Part shown: piece after piece, positions 21,001 through 33,040 of the stretch
Position numbering within the stretch: the stretch's first letter is position 1
How the letters are laid out: the number at the start of each line of letters is the position of its first letter
Origin: Paraspadella gotoi
Taxonomy: Eukaryota; Animalia; Chaetognatha
Length of the DNA stretch: 64,000 bases
Direction: 5' to 3'
NCBI GenBank assembly: GCA_051294375.1
Contig: CM119269.1
Span: 17,532,265 to 17,596,264, forward strand
Position numbers and translations under genes: made by a program
The notes under the pieces: generated by a model
What the model saw: the letters and a program-made list of their open reading frames with translations, nothing else
Told to the model about the DNA's origin: nothing
Databases searched by the model: none

Positions 21001-24000
21001 GGTCAATTTTGCCTTATCAATTTTTTTTCTTTTAAATCAAGGTTGACGACATGCCCTCTTTGTCACCCCTGGCGACAGCCTACGCTCGCGCGCGCGGAGC
21101 AGATCGGATGTCGTCCTTCGGAGACTTTGTCGCGCTGTCCGATGCTTGCGACGTGGATACGGCCAAGATTTTAGCTCGGGAGGTGGGAGTCATAAAGGAT
21201 TTGAGTGGGTTAGGAGTCTTTCTGTCTATATCCGCCATCTTCCCTCTTATTTTCTTTCAAGGTCTCGGACGGGGTCATCGCCCCCGCCTTCGACAAAGAG
21301 GCGCTCGAAATTATTCGGCAGAAAAAAGGCGGGAAATATTTGGTCCTCGAGATGGACGGGAGTTATGAGCCGGAAAACAACATGGAGGTGAACACCCAAC
21401 GATAATAACAAAAATAATAATGATAATGTAGGGTTAATGATGATGGCAGGGTTCGATGATATTGGTGCTGGCGAGTGTGAATAGAAACGTCATTGGGATT
21501 TCACATAAAATAGACCGCTTCGTATTCTACGATTCCAGACTCGCACCATTTTCGGCGTCGAATTGGCGCAAAAACGGAACGACGCCGTCATCGATGCCGA
21601 TTTTTTTCGCAACGCCTTCTCAAATGGTGGCGAGGTTTGTTACTTTGAATCCACTCTAGATTCCCACCTTTGATTGAATATAGACGTCACTTTCACCAAG
21701 CATTTAAACAAACGGAATACTTTTACTGATTTACCGATATGATTTTAATAATCTATTCACCTATGACATGTTGTTCCTGACATTGGACAACGGACAATTT
21801 GGGCTATGTAAGGAGGTTGAATGTTGACTTTGAATCTTAACGTCTCAATGTTTCGTCCGCCAGGGTCCTGACCAAGCGACCTTGCGTGATTTGTCGGTGG
21901 CAATGATTTCGCTGAAGTTCACTCAGAGCAACTCCGTCTGCTTCGTGAGGAACGGGCAGGTGATCGGGTCGGGCGCCGGGCAGCAGTCGAGGATTCATTG
22001 TACTCGACTGGCGGGCGACAAGGCGGACAACTGGTGGCTCAGACAGCATCCCAAGGTAAAAGAGAACATTTTCTTCTTGAGGCTTTCAACGATTTTAACT
22101 TTAAATCATTTTCAGGTTTTGGAGATGCAGTTTAAAAAAGGGACGAAGCGAAGCGAAATCTCCAACGCGGTCGACGCTTACGTCTCCGATCTCGTGGGTG
22201 AGTCTCTCCTTGTTGACGTCATCCTCACTTATTCAATCGCGGCGATTTGCTTAGCTTAGAGTAGTTACGGGCGTGAGGTTAACTGTTGATGTTAGCTGTT
22301 GATTTTAAGTTTTAGCGTGATGGTGACCACGGTGATTTGATTATTTTTTTTTATTTATTATTTTCTTTATGGTTGTTGGGATAAAAGGATTTTAAATTAA
22401 TTTTAAAATCGATTTATTTCGCTTAAAAATATTAAATTTTATTTAAATTTTTTAATTAGGATCTACTGTCGACGCCGCCACGTGGGCGGCCCGCTTCGAA
22501 GAGGCGCCACCGACGCCGCTGACGACTTCAGAGCGGGAAGCGTGGGCGTCGGCGATGGACGGCGTCGTTTTGGGCAGCGACGCCTTCTTTCCCTTTCGCG
22601 ACAGCGTCGACAGGGCAGCGTTGAGCGGCGTCAAGTGAGTGAGCGTGGCGTAGGATGGAAGGAGCTGTTACGAAATTGGCCGTAATGAAGTTAAGATGGA
22701 TATTACTTAAAATGAAACTGGGAAAATCAATGAGATTGTAACGTAAAAAAAGAGCGTTTTTGCCAACTCGTATTTATTATATTCCTCTTTCAGGGTCGTG
22801 TGCAGCCCATCGGGCTCCGCCCAGGATGAAGTTGTCAAGCAGGCTTGCGAGGAGAAAGGGATAAAACTCTTTTACGCGAAGTCAAGATTGTTTCATCACT
22901 GAAACGGGTTGCATAACGAGTTGCTGAGAATCGTTCAGCTATTTTACTTTTTAATCTGTTTTTATAGTTATACTTGAAATTACTACCTCCTTTATTACCG
23001 AATTCTTCTCGAATGGTGAAAACCAATTTTTATGACAAACTTGTTATATTTTTAAAACATGTACTTTTTTACAATTAATACAAAAACCTTCATTGTACAA
23101 AACATTTTTTTTTAAATATGAAATAAAATGGAAACACAAATCGTTTTTAAAGATATTCGTTTTTTCTTATACTTTATTTTCAAAGGAAAATGTATAACTA
23201 TTTCTTGTTGAGATAAGCGTCGGTGACGGTCTTGAGCTCCTCCAGCAGCGTTTGATGACGATACTCCATCCTGATGTTGGGAACGTTCGTCTTTTGAACG
23301 TCGTTGCCAGCGGCACCTTCTTTCAGGAGATAGTCTTGGCCGATCCAAGCCTGAGAAACAATTAAATGAAGAGGGATTAAAACGAGATATTCGCAGATTA
23401 AGATCACGTGACGACCTGCTTGAGTGCGTGTGCGAACGAAGACATGAAAACGCTGTTCCTCGCCAGCTCGCAAAGATCAGCCGTGCTAAGTTTCCAAACC
23501 TCGTGGAGAAACAGTGTTGAAATTTGAAGGGACTGAACCAATCAAAATCCAGGAAATGAATTTCTTAACGCAATCGAGTAATGGCCGGCTAAGCCATTCG
23601 CTATTTAACTATTGCTGACTACTAGGTTTTTATCACTACTTGTGCAGCGACGCTGTACTCTTCCATGAGCGGCTCCTTGGTGTAATGGAATTGCAACGGG
23701 TCGTCAGTGGAGAGCGAAATCAGCAGACCTCTGGCTAAGTATTGCGGCAATGGGTTCTTGTTGTACTCCAGAAACAGCTTGTTGTTGCTCAGCGGTGACA
23801 TGGCCACACCCATCTAAAAAAATTAAAAAAAATAAAAATGGCAAAAAAACAAGTATTGATTGAAATATTTGTTTTTTTGATTATTTTTTTAGTTTCTTTC
23901 TCTCTCTCTCTCTCTCCCTCCCTGAGCCAAGTAATAAAGATATTGAATGACGGGGGCAGCCTTGAGCTGAAGACCGTGAGAGATGTTGTCCGAGGTGAGG

Positions 24001-27000
24001 AAGGCTGATGCCAGATGGTGAGTCTGCGGGAGGGTTGATGAAAAAACAAGAGGGGAGATGAAATATATATATAAGAAAAGGTCGAAAAATAAACAAAATT
24101 GAGACCAACAGAACAATGGAGTGAGGGAAAGAAAAAGAAGAAAAAGAAGAAAAAAGATAGAGAGAAAAAAAAGAAAGCAGATATAGACTATATCTATATA
24201 TCTATATTATAGAGAGGGATAATGCGAAATAAAGAAAGAAAAAATAAACGGAGAGAGAATGTGAGAAAAAGACAACGAAAAAGAGATAAAAAAAAAAAAA
24301 AAAAAGAGGACATACAGAGAAAGACAAACTGACCGCGCCGGATTCTCCGCAGTGAGGGCGAAGGGTAAAAGTGTTCATTCCCCGAGATCGACGAAAGTGG
24401 TTCAAAACCCGGATGTTGGCGTACATGTAGTAGAGGTAGTAGGCGTAGCAGGGGTTGTCCCCGTGACTGGCGTTGTAATTCTGGTAGGGTTGGTGATGGG
24501 GGGGAGTTAGAGCAAAAGAAGTGGATGTTGCGTGGGGACCGATCAGGGGAGACGACAAAGGAAATTTTTCAGGCGATCTTTGTTGTTGTTGTTGTTGTTG
24601 TTGTTATTGTTGTTGCCTGCGGAAGGGGGACGCCCTGTTCGAGGAGCTCCACTTCCGGTTTTGATTCGTCGTCGACGGAATCGAAGCCGCGGACGTACTG
24701 GAGAGAGAGGAAATGGAGGAAGGATATTGGAAAAGAAAAGGAGAAAAAGAAAATCACGAAAAATTTTGTTAGCTTAAAGAAAACGGAAAACGAGAGAGCA
24801 TTGGAGACACACATAAGTGAGGCCCATTTTTTTCCCCCCGACTTACCTGAAGAAATCTGTGAATGTCGGGATATTCCTCGGGACTGTTGGTCGCTTTGAA
24901 AAGGGGCATGAAAATGTTGTGCATCAAATCTTCGAAGGAACTGATTGCTCTGGCCTTTGAAAATAAAAACAAATAAATAAACAAATAAATAAATAAACAA
25001 ACAAATAAATAAACAAATAAACAAATAAATAGCATGGCAATAATAGTCCGACTTTAATACCGGGTTTTAGAAACGCATTCTCGTTGAATGAGTAAAAATT
25101 CAAAATACGAAATACCTTCAAGAAAACGTCGAAGATCCTCGGAATTTGAATGATCCAACGAACTTGAGTGGAAAACATGACGTTGTTGACGCCCCACTCG
25201 GCGAGGCGGCGCCACTCGTCGGGGCTGCGACCGTAGATGGAGATGCGGAGCTCGTTGAAGGAATAGCGACTCTCTTCGAGTCCCCGCATCACTTCCTGAG
25301 TTAGATTGTGGGGATTGGAGCTTCGTGGAATCCTAGAGATCTTGAACAACACCTCCACATACCTCACATTTCATTACATTACATTGCATTTCATTACATT
25401 ACATTGCATTTCATTCCATCGCCATAACCTCAACCTTGAGGACGATGGCGAAGTATTCCCCCTTGACGTAGTTGTCGCTCTTGATGAAGACGTCGCGGAG
25501 ATGAGCGCAACCCATGGGGTTGTACTTGTTGTTGAAGCGGTCGAACCTATCGCGTGGGTCGGGGGGGAGGGGGAAGAAGAAACATAAGAAGAATACTGAA
25601 GAGTATGGGCAACTATTTACATCATGTAGATCGTTTTTAAAAAAAAGCAAACTCACCTTTGGTCACCTCACCTCTGAAAAGTGCTCCTGTCGGCGTGGAC
25701 GTCGAGCATGTCGACGTTGATGTCTTCGACGGTAATGTTCGCCTCCTTCAAGATGTCGTTCAGCGTCATCTTCCCCTTCTCTTTGTCCTCAATGACGACG
25801 CGATCTCCGTCCTGAGATTCGATGTTGTGATATGTGATATACGAATCATGATACTCGGAAGATAAGATTTGAAAAGGGATGTCTCTTTGTCTGGATTCTC
25901 CCCGAACCCCCCTCGCCTTGTGGATCATCTTCCTGATGAAGGTGAGGAAGTGCTTCTGATTCATGGACCCGGCGGCGTGTATGTGAGTGTCAACTTTCCT
26001 CACGTTGTAGAAATCCCGGTAGGTGATGTCGCGGAGCTCATTGGTCTCCACGATGTCGTTGTTGAGGGCGTACATACTGAACTTGGTCTCCAGCATTTTG
26101 AGACGACGCCAGCAGAAGCTTGAAGAAGGGAAAGAAAACAAAAACTGGTGACATGGTTATCATTGATCATTTTTCCTCATTTAACACTAACAGCTAATTT
26201 GGATTAACATAATTAACAATACGTATAATTATAATAATGCCCTGAAATTTTTTTTTCTCCTCACGCCGTCAAAAATTAAAAATTCTTAAGCAGACCTCTT
26301 GCAGATTCCGTTGTTGGAGATTGAAACGACTCGGCTGTGGTCCTCGATGAACTCTTGGAGTTCAGGATACTGAAGGTCGACGAGTTCCTTAAACTCGGCG
26401 TCCTTGAAGGCGTGAACAACGCCGTCCACCATCTTTGGGGAAGAGTGAGAGAGAAGGTCGTTTTTCATCGACTAAAAGTCGCGTGGACAAACCTTGAAGA
26501 AGTACTCCTGCGACGGCGGAAGTTCGAAGGAAAATGGATCGTCAATGTTGGCGAAGTTGAAGATCTCTTGCTGTCGAAACTCGTTCGGGTGCATCCACAT
26601 CATGTGGGGCACTTTGAATTCCTTGACGATGAAATTCAGGAGGATTTGATTTTCACGCGAAATCTTTTCACTGAAGTTCAATATTTTATCCGCTAACCTT
26701 GGAAAGTTTCGATTTGTGAAAAGTCTGCTCCAAATACTTATGTGTTGTCGGGAAAAATCCGGATTGCAACGAGCTCGCTGAGAGAGAGAAAAGAGAGAGA
26801 TAAGAACGCTTCTTTACGTCCGTAGCTTATAACGATTGAAAAGTAGCAAGCGCAGCCCTTTCTCGCCCAAGTACTTCTGCATTAACTTACCCAAATACTT
26901 TTGACGCAGCAGAAGGGCGTAGAGGAGTTCGTGAGCGGCCTGAGTGATTTCGGTGACCGTGACGCCGCCGATCACGTCCGTCGCCGCTGTGGCTGTCAGT

Positions 27001-29070
27001 AGGGGAGATAAAAAGATGTTAGAAGGAGATAATATAATACAGGGTGCCGTTCAAAGTAATGAAGCTAACCTTTCTTATGTAACAACGGTAGCGCAGCTAC
27101 GTCCGGTTTTCTGCCGAAAAGAATTATACGAAATAAGAGTCAATTTAAATTTCTTTTAATGAGATTGATAATATAACTTTTTTTTTACCGCATAAGTGTA
27201 AATGTCGCGTCATGGCGTCACTATTGACTGAACAACGAAATTTTGATCGCGTCATTAATATTAATTTCAATGAAATAGTTCTACTCTCGAGTCAGCCAAT
27301 CAAATCCTTCGCTCCTATTTCGTCAGCCAATCGAATCATTAGCTCCTCTAACTTTGGCAACATCGTTTGACTCTTCCGCTTTCCCAATTCTTCGCCTCCT
27401 TTCCTCTCCACCGAAATGAACTGCGCCAATCGATCCTTGTCGGCGTTGTTGTTGTTGGCGTTGTTGTTGTAGTTGTTGTAGCGATTATTGCTATTGCGAT
27501 TGACGCTTCTGTTGTAGAAATAGTTTTTATGGTGAACGTTGTGAGTTGGTTCTCTTCGTTGGGTCGGCTCGTAACTCGGATCGACGTAATACTGCCCGCC
27601 GTAGGATTCTCCGCCGTAGGGTTGCCCGCCATAGGGTTGCCCGGCGTAGGGAGACTGGAGTCTGTGCGGTGGCGCTCCCTTGTTGTTGTTGTTATTGAGG
27701 TTTTTCCGCTCTTCGTAGAAACAGCGTTTGATGTCGTCTTCGTCGAGATCTCGTCGCAGTGGAATCGGGTTGAGGTAGCGGGGAACAGGAGCTTCCGCTG
27801 CGATCGATTCAACCTGGTAGAGTGATAGCGTGATAGTGGAGCGATAGTGCAGGAGCAAGAAGAAGAGTGGTCTAGGATCGGAGAAGTTGTTTCGCAAAGC
27901 CTCAAAAAATGAGTAAATCGTCAAATCAAGAAAGTTATTAACACTTAAGAGATTCGAGTTGAAGAAAAGGCGCCCAGTTTAACAAGTTTGCAAGTTTGCA
28001 AGTTTGCAAGGTTAACCGGAGCAATGCCCGTTACAAGTTGTCTTGCTAAATAACAATAAATCGGAATATCGGTTAACCAAAACTGATTTAATTCCGAAAA
28101 CAAGACTAAGCGATAATAATCCTTCCCTCGTCCATTACGGCGAAACTTTATTGACTCTAATCTTTCCAGCCTTCCCTCCTTATATTATACCCGACTCCGC
28201 TCCGCCGCCGCTTCAGCCGCCGCCACCGTCGCCGCGCCATGGAGACCCCATTCCAAGGTCGGCTGAGGGCGCGCGACCCCGGCGGTACGGTCGTCGAAGG
28301 TGACTCGTGGTGGCCCGACACGAGGCCGGACGACCCCGTCGCCCAAAGTTGGGCGTTGACGTATGACCCGCCTTCGATCGTCGACCAATCGACGCATCGT
28401 TTCTTCTTTTTTTCGCTGATTTTCCTTGAAATATTTATTTTTTTTTGTCGATTTGTCGATAGAGTTTAAAAAAAGTTGTAGGCGGAAATTGTAAGAGGGC
28501 GTTCCGTTTAGCTTTTTGTTTAATATGGAGAAAAAAAATAGCGAGGGAGTGGAGGCGCGGACGAATGAAAAAAAAAAAAAAAAAAAAGTTATTAGCGCGA
28601 ATCGGAAGAATGAAAAAACGAAGCAGAAAACAAAAGAACATCGAGGAAGGAAAAGGCAAATGCGTTTATCAGTCACCCGAAGACGAAAATTGGATTTTCA
28701 AGATAAACGCCGAAAAAATATAGCAGTTTCTTTGTATTTATTTATTTATTTTTCCGTATCGATGGGTAAAAAAACATCGACTCAGCGCGAATGGCAATAA
28801 CGCGGAAATCGCGACGTGTAACAGTTGAGCGAACAAAACATTCGTTTTATATATATATAATATATAATATATATAGTTATCGAGCCATAGAGAAAAAGTC
28901 AAAAAGTAAACATGTTTTGATGTATGCAGTTTAGGAAAATTAACAAGAATTTTCATTTCAATGTCCATAATTTCTCCTGATTCACATTTTCCCATAAATA
29001 ATAAATTATAAATAATTTAATAATAATAATAATGATAATAATAATAATAAAGATAATAATAATAATAATG

Positions 29071-29133
<63 letters not shown>

Positions 29134-29134
29134 C

Positions 29135-29172
<38 letters not shown>

Positions 29173-29173
29173 C

Positions 29174-29219
<46 letters not shown>

Positions 29220-29775
29220 TATAATAATAATAATAATAAATTAGAAGTCTCACGGCCCGGATTAGCTCACACGTCTCTCCCTTGATTTTGATGCAGAAGT
29301 CGGCTGCGCGCATGCCCAGTGGATCGTAGTAGGCGTGGCAGTCGTCGTCGTAGATCGTCTCGTCGAACTCGAAGGGATCTTCGCATCGCGGGTCGGATCC
29401 GTTGACGGAGGTGCAGTCGAAGCATCCGAGACCGGAGGCTGCGGAAGGGGAGGGAGTTCAGAGGAGGATAACTTACGGCATTATTACTGATATAAGGTTT
29501 AAACACTGTATAATTTAAACAATACTAAAATGAAAAAAATTGTCATTCTAACGCGCTTATTTTTCTGTATCAAAGTGCCCAGTGGGTCTGGAACTTCTTT
29601 CTCTTCAAAAAAAAACAAAAACGAAAAAAACCTCATCGAATTGAGTTATAAACGAGTTTAATAGTTTAAGTTTAATTTTCGATAAAACTTGTAATTTACA
29701 TTTTAAAGGACAATATCTCTCTCTCTCTCTCTCTGCTCTCTCTTGCTCTGCTATCTCCTCTCTCTCTCTCTCTCC

Positions 29776-29836
<61 letters not shown>

Positions 29837-30258
29837 TCTGGCTTTTTTCATTGTACTTCGATTTAAAACTTTTAAAAATAAATATGAAAGGGATAAATTA
29901 ATAAATTTAAAAAGTTTTAAAAAAAATCTTTATTCCCGCGAGAGCCCATCGTCAATTAGTAAACCGCTTTTCATTATGAACGTTTGGAATTCATTGATTA
30001 ATTGTCGTCGACAGAATCTAGCTCACTAAATTTCACTGATAGAGCTCAAACGAATTCCTTTATCATTTGCTATTTATCATGAGCCGGAATTTCTTTTTTT
30101 TTATTTTTCAATGTGGAGGACGAATAAAACTTTTACTGCGAAGAGGGAAAAGATTTTCAAGCAGAAGGAATCGCTGACTCGACATCAAAGACGTAGCGGG
30201 GTGGAGAGAGAGAGAGAGAGAGAAGAGGAGAGAGGAGAGAGAGAGAGAGGAGAGAGAG

Positions 30259-30294
<36 letters not shown>

Positions 30295-30484
30295 AAAAAG
30301 AGAAGAGGGGGGCGTTACAACACAAGTTCTCAGATATATGATTATAATTTGAAAAGAATTTTTAGAACGCTCAAAGAATTTTTAAGAATACGACATGTAT
30401 ATTTTTCATTTCGTTCCGGGTTTGCTTTTCAATTTTTTTCTCTCTCTCTCTCTCTCTCTCTCTCCTCTCTTCTCTCCTCTCTCT

Positions 30485-30525
<41 letters not shown>

Positions 30526-30654
30526 TTCTCTCCAAGCCTACACATACAGTTACAAATTTTCAACAATCAATAACTTACCAATTGAAGTGAGAGTGAGAAC
30601 GAGTATCAGCGAGAGAGCGAATCGAGGATTAATCCGTAACATGAGCCGTAACAT
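18032..30654 (-). CDS. Ly6/uPAR (three-finger, Quiver/Sleepless-like) protein of ~158 aa, probably GPI-anchored; four exons with a 10.9-kb intron 2
   Basis: Exons 30579-30654 (signal peptide), 29271-29438 ([29 protein letters not shown]), 18309-18391 ([20 protein letters not shown]) and 18032-18181 ([14 protein letters not shown] + hydrophobic tail). Phases 1/1/0 join in frame and give exactly 10 Cys ending in the CN motif. Confidence 0.78.
18799..18822. promoter_or_regulatory. Tandem E-boxes (ACCACGTGAC x2) about 500 bp upstream of the ATIC start
   Basis: Identical 10-mer containing CACGTG at 18799-18808 and 18813-18822; function inferred. Confidence 0.35.
19314..22902 (+). CDS. ATIC: Bifunctional AICAR transformylase / IMP cyclohydrolase (PurH)
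   Basis: [36 protein letters not shown]|[95 protein letters not shown]-terminal LFHH*. Start is ATG 19314 or 19350. Confidence 0.97.
23198..28397 (-). CDS. AMPD: AMP deaminase (5' exons less certain)
   Basis: [23 protein letters not shown] (Zn HxH), [86 protein letters not shown]; catalytic motifs are intact. Confidence 0.95.
29011..29238. repeat. (AAT)n microsatellite
   Basis: About 75 near-perfect AAT units next to the Ly6 exon-2 donor. Confidence 0.95.
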
Positions 30655-31510
30655 TGTTTAATTTTATTCAATTATAAATCCTTCAATCGAGGAAATGCTT
30701 TATTCCAGGGAAAAAAAATGTGTATTAGTTCAATATTCTCAACAACAGAGTTATCAGACGTCTCAGCGTAGGATCCGCGTTTCTGCAGTTTCATTCTTCC
30801 TTAATTTATTTTTAGGATTCGTTGATCGATATTCGATGTATTTATAGTTGTTCACCAGATTTCGTTCGCAAGATTTTTCGGTGAAAAATTTGATGAGAGA
30901 AGAATTGGATATGAACTATGTCGAAAGAGGAGGAGGAGGAAGAGGAGGAGGAGGAGGAAGAGAGGGAGGAAGTGAAAAAGGAGATCGAAGATGGCGGATC
31001 GGCGATGATGCGGAGAAAGATATAGATGGTGGAAAGAGGAAAGAAAAGGGAGGAGGAGAGGGAGGACAAGAAAGAAGAGGGAAAATATAGGGAGAAAAGG
31101 ATACGGGTAGGAAGTTACTTACTATTACGACCACAGTTGGAATTGTTAAATTTGTTGTAAAGATAAAATAAAAGAGTCAAGATTACAATTGGAAAGAGAA
31201 ACATAAGAATGACAAAATGACGAATTCTATTAAAAAAAAAATTAAACGTTGTGAGAAAAGTTCAAGAAAGAACGGACGAGAAAGAAAATTGAATCGACCG
31301 AAGGAGAAAAGAGAAGAGAAAAAGGGAGGAAACAGGAAAAGATTAAAAGAGAAGAGAGAGAAAAAAAAGGAAAAGGAGAAAAAGAGGAGATAATGGCATA
31401 AAGAGAAGAAAAAGGAAAAAAATCAGATCGCGTGATTCGTGTTTTTTTTTTCTCGTGAATAAAAATCGGAGGCAAATTTAGTTCGCGTGAGAGGAGAATC
31501 GTCCGCTCTC

Positions 31511-31600
31511 TTACAGCATTAGATGCCACGATCGTAACGGCATTGAATGCCAGTGTCGTAACGGCATTGAATGCCACTGTCGTAACGGCTTTCGATACGG
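31511..31600. repeat. 24-bp tandem repeat with internal palindrome (ggcatt-g-aatgcc), ~3.5 copies
   Basis: Unit cgtaacggcattgaatgcca(g/c)tgt visible directly. Confidence 0.8.
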
Positions 31601-32304
31601 ATATACACTTATACAGTTATAGTCGTCATTGTTGTTCATCTATGTACCTCGCGATGCAAGATTGAATGCGAAAGAAAAAAGTGTTTCTGTCTACTTTTAC
31701 ATGAACTCGTTCCTTTCAGAGTCCAAACCTTTCCTCAATAATATAAATTAATCGCCCACTTTGTACTTGAGGTGTCCAGGGTCGATCACCTTCGATCGCT
31801 AGTAAAAAGACTCACGAAGTCAATTCGTTAACAAAAGGTGGAAAATGTGACGGAAACAATTTTTAGCCACTTTTTTTTATTATAGTTTATTAATAATATC
31901 ACCACGAATTTGTTATTTATTTGTTATATCACATATTATAAATTTTCGACTATTTTAAATAAGTAATCGGGATCATATCAACTTTTAATTGTCAGTCTTC
32001 GTAGATGACGTCATCATAAAAAACCAGAGGGCGACGACGAAGATGAAGGCCGTTTGAAGATTGTCTTTATATTTTCGCCACACCTAACATTTTAATGGGG
32101 GGGGGTTATTGGGTTATGATAAAGACACGCTCCGCATTCGTCGCCATCGACATCGTCGTCTCGACTTCTTCCATCACACAACAATCTCTCGCGGTCGTTT
32201 AATCATTCAACCAAATTCTCATTGCGACTACTATTCGAAATTACAACTAAGTCTTAGGGCAAAATCATTTATTTTTTACCCAATTTTTTTTTATATTTTT
32301 GACA

Positions 32305-33040
32305 ATGCCGAAAGAAAAAAGGCGATCTGAGGACGAAGTCCCAGACATAGAAGAAGAAGAATACGCTATCGGTGATTAATAATTTGATGATATTGTTTTA
32401 AAATATTTATTTGACATTCGACATACATTAGTTTATCTTAAATATTGGCGAGGAAAAGTTTGGGAACTTTTAACTTCTCACCGTTCTTATCATTAGTCGA
32501 AAACAGATGCATCCAGTACAAGACTTACCTCATGAAAGCCAGGGCCTATCCAATTTTGCAGGTAAATCTTTTACTAATTCTTGGTTAAAAATCGGGAAAT
32601 TCATCATATCTTTATCATAAGAGCGATAATTTTATCATATCTTTTAAACTTAACTCGCCCACTAAAAACGTAAACACATTTCGAGCAAAATTTTGTTACT
32701 TCTTCACTAGGAAATCTTAAAGACTCTCTTCAAGGAACGACCGGACGATCCAATTCGCTTCATCGAGGACGTCTTCTCCGATCAGAGCTGGGTTAACCTT
32801 CGACACGAGCGCGACCGACTCGAGGCTAAGGTCCGATCGGAGGAATGAGGGTTATGAAATGTGGAGGACTGTGATCTAGTTATCTATCTTTTTCTCTGTC
32901 TGTTTCTCTGTATCTGTCTGTCTTTTCTTCACTCACAGGTGATGAGCCTGACCCAGGAGAACGCGACAATGAGGATGAAGTTGACGAGCGAGGTGTTGCA
33001 AGAGGCGGTCAGCCGTGTGGAGGACAATGAGGACATGTGA
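32305..33040 (+). CDS. MYCBP/AMY-1-like small protein (RIIa/Dpy-30-type dimerization-docking domain + coiled coil), 117 aa
   Basis: Exons 32305-32371, 32497-32561, 32711-32830, 32939-33040 join in frame: ..QYKTYLMKARAYPILQEILKTLFKERPDDPIRFIEDVF..LRHERDRLEAKVMSLTQENATMRMKL. Absent from the ORF track. Confidence 0.7.

Noticed and set aside
29032-29244. Poly-Ile ORF
   Set aside because: Translation of an (AAT)n microsatellite.
30842-31450. Purine-rich ORFs with GGRGGGG/EK content
   Set aside because: Low-complexity intergenic sequence without splice or homology support.
31511-31600. Palindromic repeat array as a possible CRISPR
   Set aside because: Units are contiguous with no unique spacers, there are no cas genes, and the context is eukaryotic.
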